Positions 19,133 through 29,100 of a stretch of DNA of 64,000 bases are shown in pieces. The stretch covers positions 128,663 through 192,662 of the forward strand of contig CAZJEO010000001.1 in assembly GCA_964545065.1 (NCBI GenBank). The letters run 5' to 3'. The stretch comes from Candidatus Woesearchaeota archaeon (GTDB lineage: Archaea; Nanobdellota; Nanobdellia; Pacearchaeales; GW2011-AR1). The notes below the pieces were generated by a model. The model had not been told where the DNA came from and ran no database searches. It saw nothing but the letters and a program-made list of their open reading frames with translations. The position numbers and the translations under genes were made by a program. How positions within the stretch are numbered: position 1 is the first letter of the stretch; each line of letters begins with the position of its first letter.

Positions 19133-19261
19133 ATGGAAGAAAAAAAGAGACAAAAATGCGAAGTTTTTTCAAGAGTTGTGGGTTATTTAAGACCAATAGT
19201 GCAGTGGAATGAGGGGAAACAGGCAGAATGGAAAGATAGAAAAACCTTTATATTAAGATAA
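19133..19261 (+). CDS. Stand-alone NrdD glycyl-radical peptide, 42 aa (absent from ORF track)
   Basis: MEEKKRQKCEVFSRVVGYLRPIVQWNEGKQAEWKDRKTFILR; own AGGAGG site; different frame from nrdD. Confidence 0.88.
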   Translation: MEEKKRQKCEVFSRVVGYLRPIVQWNEGKQAEWKDRKTFILR

Positions 19262-19268
19262 CCTTGCT

Positions 19269-19967
19269 ATGAAAATCATAGGATTACAAAAACTAACTTT
19301 GATAGATTATCCTAACAAAATAGCATGCACCTTGTTTCTTCATGGCTGTAATTTTAGATGCGGGTTTTGCTATAATCCAGAACTTGTTTTAGAAAACAAC
19401 GAAGAAGGGTATTCTAAAGAAGGGGTATTAAACTTTTTGAAAGAAAGACAGGCTTACCTTGATGGCGTGTGTATTACAGGGGGGGAACCTTTATTGACCT
19501 TGGACTTAGAATTTTTAAGGCAGATAAAAGATTTGGGATATGATATTAAAATTGACACAAACGGGAGTTTTCCTGAAAAGTTAAAGGAGGTTATTGAAAG
19601 CGGGTTGGTGGATTATATTGCAATGGATATCAAATCCAGCAAGGAAAAATATAAGGAACTTGCAAATTCAGATGTTGATATGAATAAGATTGAAGAGAGC
19701 ATAAGATTGATTTCTAAGTTAGAGGACTATGAATTTCGGACAACTGTTGTCAAAAGATATCATGATGCTGAAAAAATTAAATCTATTGCAGAGTGGCTGA
19801 ATTCTTTAATAGGTAAACCAAAAAAGTTTTGCTTACAAGGTTTCAAGAATAACGAAAAGTTCATTGATGATTCATTCATGACAGAAAAAGATGTTGAAAA
19901 AGATTATTTGATTGAATTGAAAAAAATTGCTGAGCCTTATTTTGAAAATGTGGATGTTCGAGTGTAA
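19269..19967 (+). CDS. nrdG: RNR class III activating radical SAM enzyme
   Basis: GCNFRCGFCYN, ITGGEP, DTNG, MDIK, EFRTT. Confidence 0.9.
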   Translation: MKIIGLQKLTLIDYPNKIACTLFLHGCNFRCGFCYNPELVLENNEEGYSKEGVLNFLKERQAYLDGVCITGGEPLLTLDLEFLRQIKDLGYDIKIDTNGSFPEKLKEVIESGLVDYIAMDIKSSKEKYKELANSDVDMNKIEESIRLISKLEDYEFRTTVVKRYHDAEKIKSIAEWLNSLIGKPKKFCLQGFKNNEKFIDDSFMTEKDVEKDYLIELKKIAEPYFENVDVRV

Positions 19968-20001
19968 TAAACAATATAAAAGCTAAAAAACTAGTCACAA
20001 A

Positions 20002-22209
20002 ATGATTCAAAAAAATGAGGGGATGATCTCATTGATAAAGGGACAGATTGGTTCTAATGGAAAAGGAGGTTGGCCTGTTGCTGTTAGAGATAGAATTGCT
20101 TTTCCTAAATCTACTGAATTAAAAGTGACAGATGCTAATGTTGCTGTAACTTTTTTATGGACAATGCGAGATGCAGTACTGCCAAATCTTGAAAAGGAAA
20201 ACTTGGCAATAGCTACTAATTTCTATACTCCGGCAGGATTGCAAGGAATGATAAGAAACATTTTGGGAAATCCATTCATTAGATATATTATAATGATGGG
20301 AGAAGAGTATTCCTCAAAAACTGAAGGAGATAAAATATCTGAGTTAACAAGTGGGAATGCTATACGGGCTTTTTTTGCAAAAGGCGTAAATGAGGATAGA
20401 AAAATAGAGGGTTTTGAAAGTGCTGTTTATTTTGATAAAAATATTCCTTTGGAACTTCTAAAGGAGATTAGAAAAAATGTGGAATTGATTGACTTAAATA
20501 AAACAATGCCTGGTGCTAACTTGGATGAAAAAATTCAAGAAGCTAATAGATTAATTAAAACATTAGAGAGAAAAGAACCTTTTTTAGAACAGCCATTGAT
20601 CTTTGATTATGAATCTGTAGAAGAATCTTTCCCTTATGAAGGGGGTCCGATAATTGTTCATGGCAGTAATATTCCTGATGCATGGATAAAAATGATATAC
20701 AACATAAATAGATATGGCAGGCAAAATTTAATGAATGCTAATACAGATAGGTGGGTTAAGGAAATTAATGACATGGTGGTTGTAATTCATAACCCTCAAG
20801 ATAGAGATCTTTCTGTTAATCCTTTTTTAGTGCCTTTAACAATAGGAAAAATTGAAGCATATGAAAAAGAGATTTTATCCCCTATATTGCCAGAAGGAAA
20901 AGCATACACTTATGGAAATGAACTTAGAGCATATCATTATCCTTCTGCAAAAGAAATTAAAGAATTAGTTAATTCACAGGATTATAAGGATTTTGAATTT
21001 GGTCAGGGAGATTGGTTAGATAAAAATGTTTCTTACAAAGAAGATTTTTGTGAAATTAATCAGATTGAAGATCTTATTGATGTATTAAAAAGAGACCCAT
21101 ATTCAAAAGCATGTGTTGCAATAACATGGCATTCTTCTAAAGAATTAATGAGAAAACACAAAAGCAGTCCATGTCTTGTTTTTTTGCAGGCGCTTATTCA
21201 AGATGAAAAATTAAATTTAACTGTTTTTTTTAGAAGCCATGATATGACTCAGGGATGGCCTGAAAATGCCTATGGTTGTGCAGCTATACAAGAAGAAATT
21301 GCAAAAGCAGTTGGAGTTGACTCTGGAATATTAACTATAATTTCTGGTAGTGCACAAATTTACAATAATTATTATCAGCAGGTTGAAGAAATGCTTAGCA
21401 AATATGATAATGTTTTAAATTGTAATGATTCACGAGGAAATTATCAAATCAAAATTCATGATGATGAAATTATCCTGACACTATTACATCCTGAGACAGG
21501 AAAAATATTAGAAGAAATTAAAGGGAAATCTGCGTATGAAATAAAAGATAAAATATCAATGCATGGTTTGGAGACAGGTCACGCAATTTATATTGGGACT
21601 GAACTTGCCATGGCAGAGGTGGCGATTAAGATGGGAACAGATTATGAACAAGATGAAACAATAGGAAAACCAAATGATACTTTGACACAAAATAAAATTC
21701 CTGAAGATAAATTAGGTGAGAGGCCCAATTGGGAGGAGTTTTTTATGGGCTCTGCACTTCTTGCTGCATCAAGGTCAAGTTGTAGGTATTTGCATACTGG
21801 TGCAGTAATTGTTAAAGATAAAAGAATTTTATCAACTGGTTATAATGGAGCTCCTCCAGGAATAACTAATTGTCTTGATAGGGGTTGTAGAAAAGAAAGA
21901 GAAGGTATTGGCTTTGATGAGAAAGGTAAAGCAGTTTGCAGGGGAATTCACGCAGAAATAAATGCCTTGAGTCAAATTGCACGCCAAGATCTTAAAGGAT
22001 CTCAAATGTATACTATTTATCTCCCTTGTTCTGCATGCGCCAAAGCTATTGCAGGTTCTGGAATTGATGAAGTAATATATCTTAAAATGTATAATGAACC
22101 TGATTCATTAACAAGAGAAATTTTTGCTGAATCTGGAATAAAGTTAAGAAAACTGGATATTAATTTTGATAAGATATTTAATAAAAAGATTATGTTCTAT
22201 GACAAATAA
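20002..22209 (+). CDS. Fusion: MtrA-like + thymidylate synthase + DUF4346-like + dCMP deaminase
   Basis: RNILGNPFIRY (MtrA-like); YTYG, SPCL, FRSHD...N (TS); HAIYIGTEL...YEQD; TGYNG, HAE, PCSAC (deaminase). Confidence 0.8.
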   Translation: MIQKNEGMISLIKGQIGSNGKGGWPVAVRDRIAFPKSTELKVTDANVAVTFLWTMRDAVLPNLEKENLAIATNFYTPAGLQGMIRNILGNPFIRYIIMMGEEYSSKTEGDKISELTSGNAIRAFFAKGVNEDRKIEGFESAVYFDKNIPLELLKEIRKNVELIDLNKTMPGANLDEKIQEANRLIKTLERKEPFLEQPLIFDYESVEESFPYEGGPIIVHGSNIPDAWIKMIYNINRYGRQNLMNANTDRWVKEINDMVVVIHNPQDRDLSVNPFLVPLTIGKIEAYEKEILSPILPEGKAYTYGNELRAYHYPSAKEIKELVNSQDYKDFEFGQGDWLDKNVSYKEDFCEINQIEDLIDVLKRDPYSKACVAITWHSSKELMRKHKSSPCLVFLQALIQDEKLNLTVFFRSHDMTQGWPENAYGCAAIQEEIAKAVGVDSGILTIISGSAQIYNNYYQQVEEMLSKYDNVLNCNDSRGNYQIKIHDDEIILTLLHPETGKILEEIKGKSAYEIKDKISMHGLETGHAIYIGTELAMAEVAIKMGTDYEQDETIGKPNDTLTQNKIPEDKLGERPNWEEFFMGSALLAASRSSCRYLHTGAVIVKDKRILSTGYNGAPPGITNCLDRGCRKEREGIGFDEKGKAVCRGIHAEINALSQIARQDLKGSQMYTIYLPCSACAKAIAGSGIDEVIYLKMYNEPDSLTREIFAESGIKLRKLDINFDKIFNKKIMFYDK

Positions 22210-22221
22210 GAAAACTTTTAT

Positions 22222-22857
22222 ATGGAAATTCCTCAACACAATTATCGACTAAAATTTCAACAATCAGAAGAATTAATTAGAACATTTTCTAAAGAGGATA
22301 GAATAAAAAAATACTTAAAAGAATTACAAGGTCATAGTTCCCATACTCTTACACATAGTTTTCGAGTAGCACTATTATGTGTTGATCTTGGTTTGGAAAA
22401 TGAATTTGAAGAAAAAGAGATGCGGCTATTAGGATATTCTGGATTACTTCATGATATTGGAAAAGTTCAAATCCCATTAGGAGTATTAAACAAAGCTTCT
22501 ATTTTAACTTCTTTTGAAAGAGAACTAATAAATAATCATTCTCGGTTAGGATCACAAGATGTACATGGATTTGGAAATGACCTAAGAGAAATTATAATAG
22601 GACATCACGAATATCAAAGATGCTCATATCCACGAAAAGGGGAAAGAAGGCTTGTTGGAAGAGAAGAAAAAGATAGAAGGAAAAGAGACTCTTTAGTTGA
22701 AAGTCTGACTAAAATTTTAGCAGCATCAGATCCATATGATGCGTTGAGGAGCGAGAGAGTTTACAAATCTCCAAAAAGTAAAGCTGAGACAAGGAGAATC
22801 ATGCTAAATAAATATATTGGAGATTCCAAATATATAGAGCAATTACTTTCAAGATAG
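22222..22857 (+). CDS. HD-GYP-like phosphohydrolase
   Basis: HSFRVA, LLHDIGK, HHE, SYP, DPYDAL...R.Y. Confidence 0.85.
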   Translation: MEIPQHNYRLKFQQSEELIRTFSKEDRIKKYLKELQGHSSHTLTHSFRVALLCVDLGLENEFEEKEMRLLGYSGLLHDIGKVQIPLGVLNKASILTSFERELINNHSRLGSQDVHGFGNDLREIIIGHHEYQRCSYPRKGERRLVGREEKDRRKRDSLVESLTKILAASDPYDALRSERVYKSPKSKAETRRIMLNKYIGDSKYIEQLLSR

Positions 22858-22946
22858 AGTTGTCTAAAATCTATTATGATGCAAATATTAGAATTAATTT
22901 GAGGGAATAACCAAAATTTTATAAATCTCAGACATTCATTAAAATC

Positions 22947-23273
22947 ATGGCAGACAATGATAAAGTACCTGAATTGACAAATGGTGAGTTTGAGGATTTT
23001 GTGAAAGAGGGAACTGTTGTTGTTGATTTTTTTGCAGAGTGGTGTATGCCGTGTTTGATGATGGCACCTGTGATTGATGAACTTGCTGAAAAGTTTAAGG
23101 GAAAAATTAATTTTGGAAAAGTTAATGTTGAGGACAATCAAGAGATTGCGAAGAAGTTTGAAATTAGTTCTATTCCTCACCTGATTTTGTTCAAGGATGG
23201 AAAACCAACAGAACATTTTGTTGGTTCTGTGAGTTCTGAAGAATTGGAAGGGAAGTTGGGGAATTCTTTGTAA
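22947..23273 (+). CDS. trxA: Thioredoxin
   Basis: DFFAEWCMPC and SIP motifs. Confidence 0.92.
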   Translation: MADNDKVPELTNGEFEDFVKEGTVVVDFFAEWCMPCLMMAPVIDELAEKFKGKINFGKVNVEDNQEIAKKFEISSIPHLILFKDGKPTEHFVGSVSSEELEGKLGNSL

Positions 23274-23311
23274 CAAAGCTTTTTTAAATCTAAATTTATT
23301 TAGTGAGCTAT

Positions 23312-23356
23312 GGCTCCATAGCTTCCCAAGGGATGACCTCTTCGAGGCCTCAGCCT
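23312..23356 (+). pseudogene. 5' fragment of tRNA-Lys interrupted by a 27-nt micro-element
   Basis: GGCTCCATAGCT[TCCCAAGGGATGACCTCTTCGAGGCCT]CAGCCT versus intact GGCTCCATAGCTCAGCCT at 23384. Confidence 0.85.
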
Positions 23357-23383
23357 TTTTCGGTTGCTTCGCAGTCACCATAC

Positions 23384-23457
23384 GGCTCCATAGCTCAGCC
23401 TGGCAGAGCACTGGACTTTTAATCCAGGTGTCGGGGGTTCAAATCCCTCTGGGGCCA
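23384..23457 (+). tRNA. tRNA-Lys(TTT)
   Basis: Cloverleaf: GGCTCCA/TGGGGCC acceptor, CTGGA-CTTTTAA-TCCAG anticodon arm, TTCAAAT loop. Confidence 0.95.
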
Positions 23458-23583
23458 TCCAAATTTAATTTATGTATAATTAGAAAGAATCTTTCCCTTT
23501 TTTCTTTTTAAAAACAGAATGTGAAAAATTGGTAATGTGTTCGCTTTAGAAAGATTTAAAATTGGTTAAAACTCGCATATATT

Positions 23584-25848
23584 ATGGATATGAAAACACC
23601 AAACCAAAATAGCAAACATGTAAAATTGACTAATATGCTTAAGAAATTAAGAATAATTGGTAATTCAGAAACCTATGAAAATATGAAAGACCGTGTTTTT
23701 AGTATCGTTACTAGCGAAGAAATTAAGTACGGGTCTAGTAAACAACAAATACAAGAATACAAACAAAAAATGATGAATCGATTGGAAAGTCAAGAATTTG
23801 TGCCTAGTTCAATTATCCTTACTAATGCTGGAAGATACGAAGATAAACCTTTAGCAGCATGTTCTGTGCCTCCAATAAATTTAAAGGAGGATTATTCAAA
23901 AATAAAACAAATCGTTGACATTTATCATGAAAAGGGAATGGGAACTGGTTTTAACTTTGATGAAACAGAAGATCCTGTTGAAATGCTAGAATTTTTAAAC
24001 GATATCGCAATAGAAGGCCAAAACAATGGCTTGCAAGACAGACCTGTGGGAAATATGGGAATTATTTCTAGTGATCATCCCAAGATATATAACCTAATCA
24101 AATACAAGGATGGGAAGAATAAAAATCGGGAATGGATTTTTAATATTTCTGTTAACTTAAAAGAAGATTTTATGGCTGCATTGCAAAATGGAGAAGATTA
24201 TCGGCTTAAAGATGGTACGATAATAAATCCAAATGATTTGTTTAATGAAATTTCAAAATCTGCTTGTTCCTGTGGAGATCCTGGAATATTTTTCATGAAG
24301 AGATTTAATCAAGATAACCCTGCTCCAAAATTAGGGGAATATAAGTCACTTGCTCCGTGCGGAGAAGTTGCACTTGCTGAAGGTGAAACGTGTCAATTTT
24401 CTTATATTAATATATCCAAGTTTGTTAAAAATAAAAAAATAGATTACGACTCTCTAAAAGATGTAATCTATGATGGAGTAAGATTTTTAGATGATACCTT
24501 GGATATAAGTATTAGCAGATATGGTAATAGAAAAAGTGAAAATATAATGAACCAAAAAAGAAAAATTGGATTAGGTATTTGTGGTCTTGCTGATGTGTTT
24601 ATTAAATGCGGGATTCCTTATGATTCCGAAGAAGCCTTAGACCTAAGTGCTGATTTAATGAGTTTTATTACTTATAATTCAAAAAAAGCGTCTATTAAAC
24701 TAGGTAAAGAAAGAGGTATTGCGCCTGCTTTTGAAAAATCTAAATTAAAACAAGATTTTATTGAAAAAAAATATGGTAAATATGCAACAAATACTGTGGG
24801 TAAACAAGACTGGAAAAATTTAAGTGAGGAAATTAAAGCAAAAGGTATCAGAAATATGATTACTACTATTCTACCACCAACAGGAAGAAGCTCCATGATA
24901 ATTTATGCTTCTCCTGCGATTGAGCCAATCTTTTCTTTAGAATTAAATGATGAAATGCGAAGAGATTTGATGAATAAGTTAAAGAAAAGAGGGCTGCCTT
25001 TTGAAAATTTACCAACTACCATCAATAAAAAAGACCTCCCTTCTGATTTAAAGGAGATATATAAAACTTGTTTAGAAATTGACCCAATTTCTCAGATAAA
25101 AATATGCTCTGCTCTTCAGAAATTCACCGACGGAGCAATTTCTAAAACCATAAACATTAATTCTACGTCTACTCCTAATGACATAAGAAAGATTTATCTA
25201 CAAGCATATGAAATGGGATTAAAAGGCATTACTATTTATCGGGATGGCAGTAAAAATCTTCAACCAATGAAATTGCAAAAAGGAGGTAAAATGGAAATTG
25301 AATTAAGGGCTTTTGTTAAAGATTTTGATCCTGTTAAAAATTGTTTGAAAGAAATTGGTGCACATAAAACTGACGAAACAGAAATTGAAGATATTTGGAT
25401 TTGTGACAAAAATATAACAAATTATGAAGATGCAAAGATGAATAAGGTTGGTTCTTATGGTCTTAGATTTAGGATTCAAAAAGGTAGGGCAAATGAAATT
25501 TGTATTAAAACTATCATCAACGAAAAGGATCACCAGATTTTTAGCGAATATGAAACAAGTTTTGATGATCTTGAACAAATGAAAAATATATTTAAGATTC
25601 TTGGCTTTAAGATATTTTGTGTGTTAAAGAAAAAGCGAGAAACATATTCTTTTAAAAATATGAAAATTAACTTGGAAGATATTGAAGGATTTAAATCTTG
25701 TATTGAAATTGAAATCTTAGGAGAAGATAATTTTGAAGAAAAGAAGAAGAAACTACATGAGATAATGGATATTTTAAAAATAAATAAGGAAGACAGAATT
25801 AATACAAGTATTACATCCCTATTTATGGAAGAAAATTCTTTCAAATAA
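23584..25848 (+). CDS. Divergent class II-like ribonucleotide reductase fused to a CYTH domain
   Basis: AACS, GDPG, APCGE, RKIGLG..GLAD, PTG, AISKTIN, KGITIYRDGS; then MEIELRA...KKRE...EIE (CYTH) from 25291. Confidence 0.8.
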   Translation: MDMKTPNQNSKHVKLTNMLKKLRIIGNSETYENMKDRVFSIVTSEEIKYGSSKQQIQEYKQKMMNRLESQEFVPSSIILTNAGRYEDKPLAACSVPPINLKEDYSKIKQIVDIYHEKGMGTGFNFDETEDPVEMLEFLNDIAIEGQNNGLQDRPVGNMGIISSDHPKIYNLIKYKDGKNKNREWIFNISVNLKEDFMAALQNGEDYRLKDGTIINPNDLFNEISKSACSCGDPGIFFMKRFNQDNPAPKLGEYKSLAPCGEVALAEGETCQFSYINISKFVKNKKIDYDSLKDVIYDGVRFLDDTLDISISRYGNRKSENIMNQKRKIGLGICGLADVFIKCGIPYDSEEALDLSADLMSFITYNSKKASIKLGKERGIAPAFEKSKLKQDFIEKKYGKYATNTVGKQDWKNLSEEIKAKGIRNMITTILPPTGRSSMIIYASPAIEPIFSLELNDEMRRDLMNKLKKRGLPFENLPTTINKKDLPSDLKEIYKTCLEIDPISQIKICSALQKFTDGAISKTININSTSTPNDIRKIYLQAYEMGLKGITIYRDGSKNLQPMKLQKGGKMEIELRAFVKDFDPVKNCLKEIGAHKTDETEIEDIWICDKNITNYEDAKMNKVGSYGLRFRIQKGRANEICIKTIINEKDHQIFSEYETSFDDLEQMKNIFKILGFKIFCVLKKKRETYSFKNMKINLEDIEGFKSCIEIEILGEDNFEEKKKKLHEIMDILKINKEDRINTSITSLFMEENSFK

Positions 25849-26004
25849 AATGATTGTGGCGAAATATGCTTTTGAGCGAAGGACTTTGAAACAAATCCCA
25901 AAACCATAACATTTTTAAACCAAAAATCGTTATTTTTTATTATTGTTAAGTTGTTAAATTCCCTGGCAATTTTATCAAACAAAAATCCCAACAAACTCCC
26001 AAAA

Positions 26005-26199
26005 ATGCATATTCTACAACCAAAACACCTCAAGCTTAGTGACAAAGATACTGAAGAGCTCTTAAACAAATTGAATATTTCTAAATCACAAATACCAAAG
26101 ATTTTCTCTACTGATTCTGCGTTGCCAGAGGGTTGTGAAATTGGTGATATAATTAAAATTGAGAGGCGGGATGGAGAGTATTTCCGGGTTGTTGTATGA
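26005..26199 (+). CDS. rpoH: RNA polymerase subunit H (Rpo5)
   Basis: HILQPKH...IPKI...GDIIKIER..YFRVV; start moved to ATG 26005. Confidence 0.92.
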   Translation: MHILQPKHLKLSDKDTEELLNKLNISKSQIPKIFSTDSALPEGCEIGDIIKIERRDGEYFRVVV

Positions 26200-29100
26200 T
26201 GGCAAAGAATGATAACCATTTAGTTGTGAAAAAGTATCTTGATGAACACTCTTTAGTTGAATCAAATTTGATTTCTTTTGATGATTTTATTGAGAATCGG
26301 ATGCAAGAGATTGTTAGTGAGATTTCAGATGGTATTGAGAGTGATGATTTTGAGATAACGCTTGGGAAGATAAAGGTTGGGAAGCCAAAGATTATCGAGG
26401 CTGACGGGAGTTCTTCTCCTATTCTGCCTTATGATGCGAGGATTAGAAATCTTACTTATTCTGCTCCGATAACACTTGAAATAACTGTAAAAAAAGGAGA
26501 CCAGATTGATTCTGAGGTTGTTGAAATTGGAAAGATTCCAATTATGGTTAAAAGTAAAGCATGTAATACTCACGGTATGTCAAAGGAAGACCTTGTCAAA
26601 AATTATTCTGATCCCTTAGACCCTGGAGGATATTTTATTATTAACGGGAACGAGAGAGTTATGATTATGGCTGAAGACCTTTCTGAAAACCAGCCGTTTA
26701 TTGAAACAGATTCTAAAGGGAATTTAAATTTGCGGCTTTTTTCATTGAAAGGTACATACAGGATTCCTGTGACAGTTTCTGAAAATAAAGAAGGGTTATT
26801 GGATGTTTCTTTCAGTAGGTTCAGAGATTTGCCAGCGATTGTTATTCTGAAGGCTCTTGGTTTGACTAAAGAATCTGATATTGCGAAGTATATTGGTAAG
26901 GAGACAGACAGCGTGATTGTGAACTTATATGAATTTGCTAATCTGGCTACTAAAGAAGATGCGATGATGTATATTGCAGAGAAGACGAATTTGCAGGGAA
27001 CAAAAAAAGAAATTCTTGATAGAGTTAAACAGAGAATTGATTCATATCTTTTTCCCCACATTGGGCAGAATAAAGAGGACAGAATGAGGAAAGCAATTAC
27101 GCTTTGTAAACTAATAAAACAATTTTTGATTGTGAAAGAAAATCCAGATTTGCAAACAGATAAAGACCATTATGCTAACAAACGAGTAAGATTATCTGGA
27201 GATTTATTAGCAACCCTATTCAGAGTTAATCTTGGGATTCTTATTCGTGATATCCAATACTCACTTCAGAAATCTTCAAAGAGGAAGAAGTTTTTTTCTA
27301 TTCGAATAATTGCAAAGTCAACTTTTTTCTCGCACAGAGTTGAATCAGCAATTGCTACTGGTAGCTGGACAGGGGAGAGAAGCGGAATCACGCAGAATAT
27401 GGACAAGACAAACTATCTTGCTATAATGTCCCAGCTTCAGAGAGTTTCAAGTATGCTGCCAAGCGATCAAGAAAATTTCCTTGCTCGTGCATTACATCCA
27501 ACTAACTATGGAAGATTCTGTCCTATTGAAACTCCAGAAGGAACAGAGATTGGATTAAGAAAAAATCTTGCTATCTTAAGTAAAGTTTCTACAAGGGTTG
27601 AACTTGATGAAGAAACATTTCTCAAGGAACTAGAATCAATGGGATTGGACCGAGAAGGTGTTGGAGGAACTGATATTTTTTTCAATGGAATATTTATTGG
27701 GAATATGAAAAATCCAGAAGAATTTATAGTAAAAATAAGAGAGAAAAGAAGGGACGGCAAACTTCCAATTCAGTTGAATATCAGAGACAATCGCAATTTT
27801 GAAATTATTTCTATTTCAATAGAATCAGGAAGAGTTTTAAGACCTTTGATTATTGTTGAGCAGGGGACACCAAAACTAAAGAATGAGCATTTGATTCAAC
27901 TTGAGCAAGGGGAATTGAAATGGAATGACTTATTGAAACAGGGGATAATTGAATATCTCGATGCTGCAGAAGAAGAGAATGCGCTTGTTGCGCTTTACGA
28001 GGAAGAGTTGACTCCAGAACATACTCATCTAGAGATAGATAATATTGATTTATTTGGGGTTATAACAAGTTTGGTTCCTTATGGAAATCATGACCAGAGC
28101 TCAAGACTGAACAGGGGAAGTAAGACGCAAAAGCAGGCACTTGGTTTGTATGCTGCTAATTATCATTGTAGGCTGGACACAGATGTTTCAATTCTACAGT
28201 ACCCGCAGAAACCAATTGTTCAAAGTTTTGTTTATGATACTCTTGATATTTATCCTGCTGGGCAGAATCTTACAGTAGCTATTATGACTTATGAAGGGTA
28301 TAACATGGAAGACGCTTTAGTTTTTAACAAAGGTTCTTTGGATCGGGGTGTTGGAAGAAGTTTTTATTTTCGTCCTTATAGCGCAGTTGAAATGAATTAT
28401 GCTGGAGGATTGAAAGACGAGATAGCTATTCCAGAGAAAGATGCTTCTGGTTACAAGATGGAATCTAGTTATAGGCTTTTGGAAAATGATGGGATCATTT
28501 ATCCAGAGGCAAATATTGATGAGGGAGATGTGCTTATTGGAAAAATGTCGCCACCGAAGTTTCTTTCAGAAGTGAGGGAAATTTCTGTTAAGACAAAAAA
28601 GGAATCAAGCGTTACTATGAGACAAGAGGAAAAGGGAATTGTCGATGCTGTTTTTGTTACAGAAGATAGCGAGGGAAACAAAATTGTGCAGGTTAAAACG
28701 AGAGATTTAAGGATCCCTGAATTAGGAGATAAATTTGCTACTTCACACGGACAGAAGGGTGTTATTGGACTGATAGTTCCAGAGAGTGATGTTCCATTTA
28801 CCTCAAGAGGAGTCAAGCCAGATATTCTCTTTAATCCGCATGGACTTCCAAGCAGGATGACTGTGGGGTATTTGCTTGAGCTTTTAGCTGGGAAGGTTGG
28901 ATGTTTGAAAGGAGAAATAGTTGATGGAACTTCGTTTTCTGGGAAAGGAAAAAGAGAACTTGAAGACCAGCTTAAGCAACTTGGATTCAGTTATGATGGA
29001 AAGGAAACAATGTATAATGGGATTACTGGCAAAAGAATGCAAGCGAAAATATTTGTGGGAAATCTTTATTATCTGAAATTGAAGTATATGGTTGGAAACA

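Noticed and set aside
19110..19140. Stop-codon readthrough joining nrdD to the glycyl peptide
   Set aside because: The peptide is in a different frame and has its own Shine-Dalgarno, so separate translation is simpler.
22761..23411. 216-aa minus-strand ORF
   Set aside because: Antisense to trxA, the HD gene end and tRNA-Lys; no recognisable motif.
25530..26219. 229-aa minus-strand ORF and similar Ser/Ile/Phe-rich antisense ORFs across the window
   Set aside because: Shadow frames of well-supported genes on the opposite strand.
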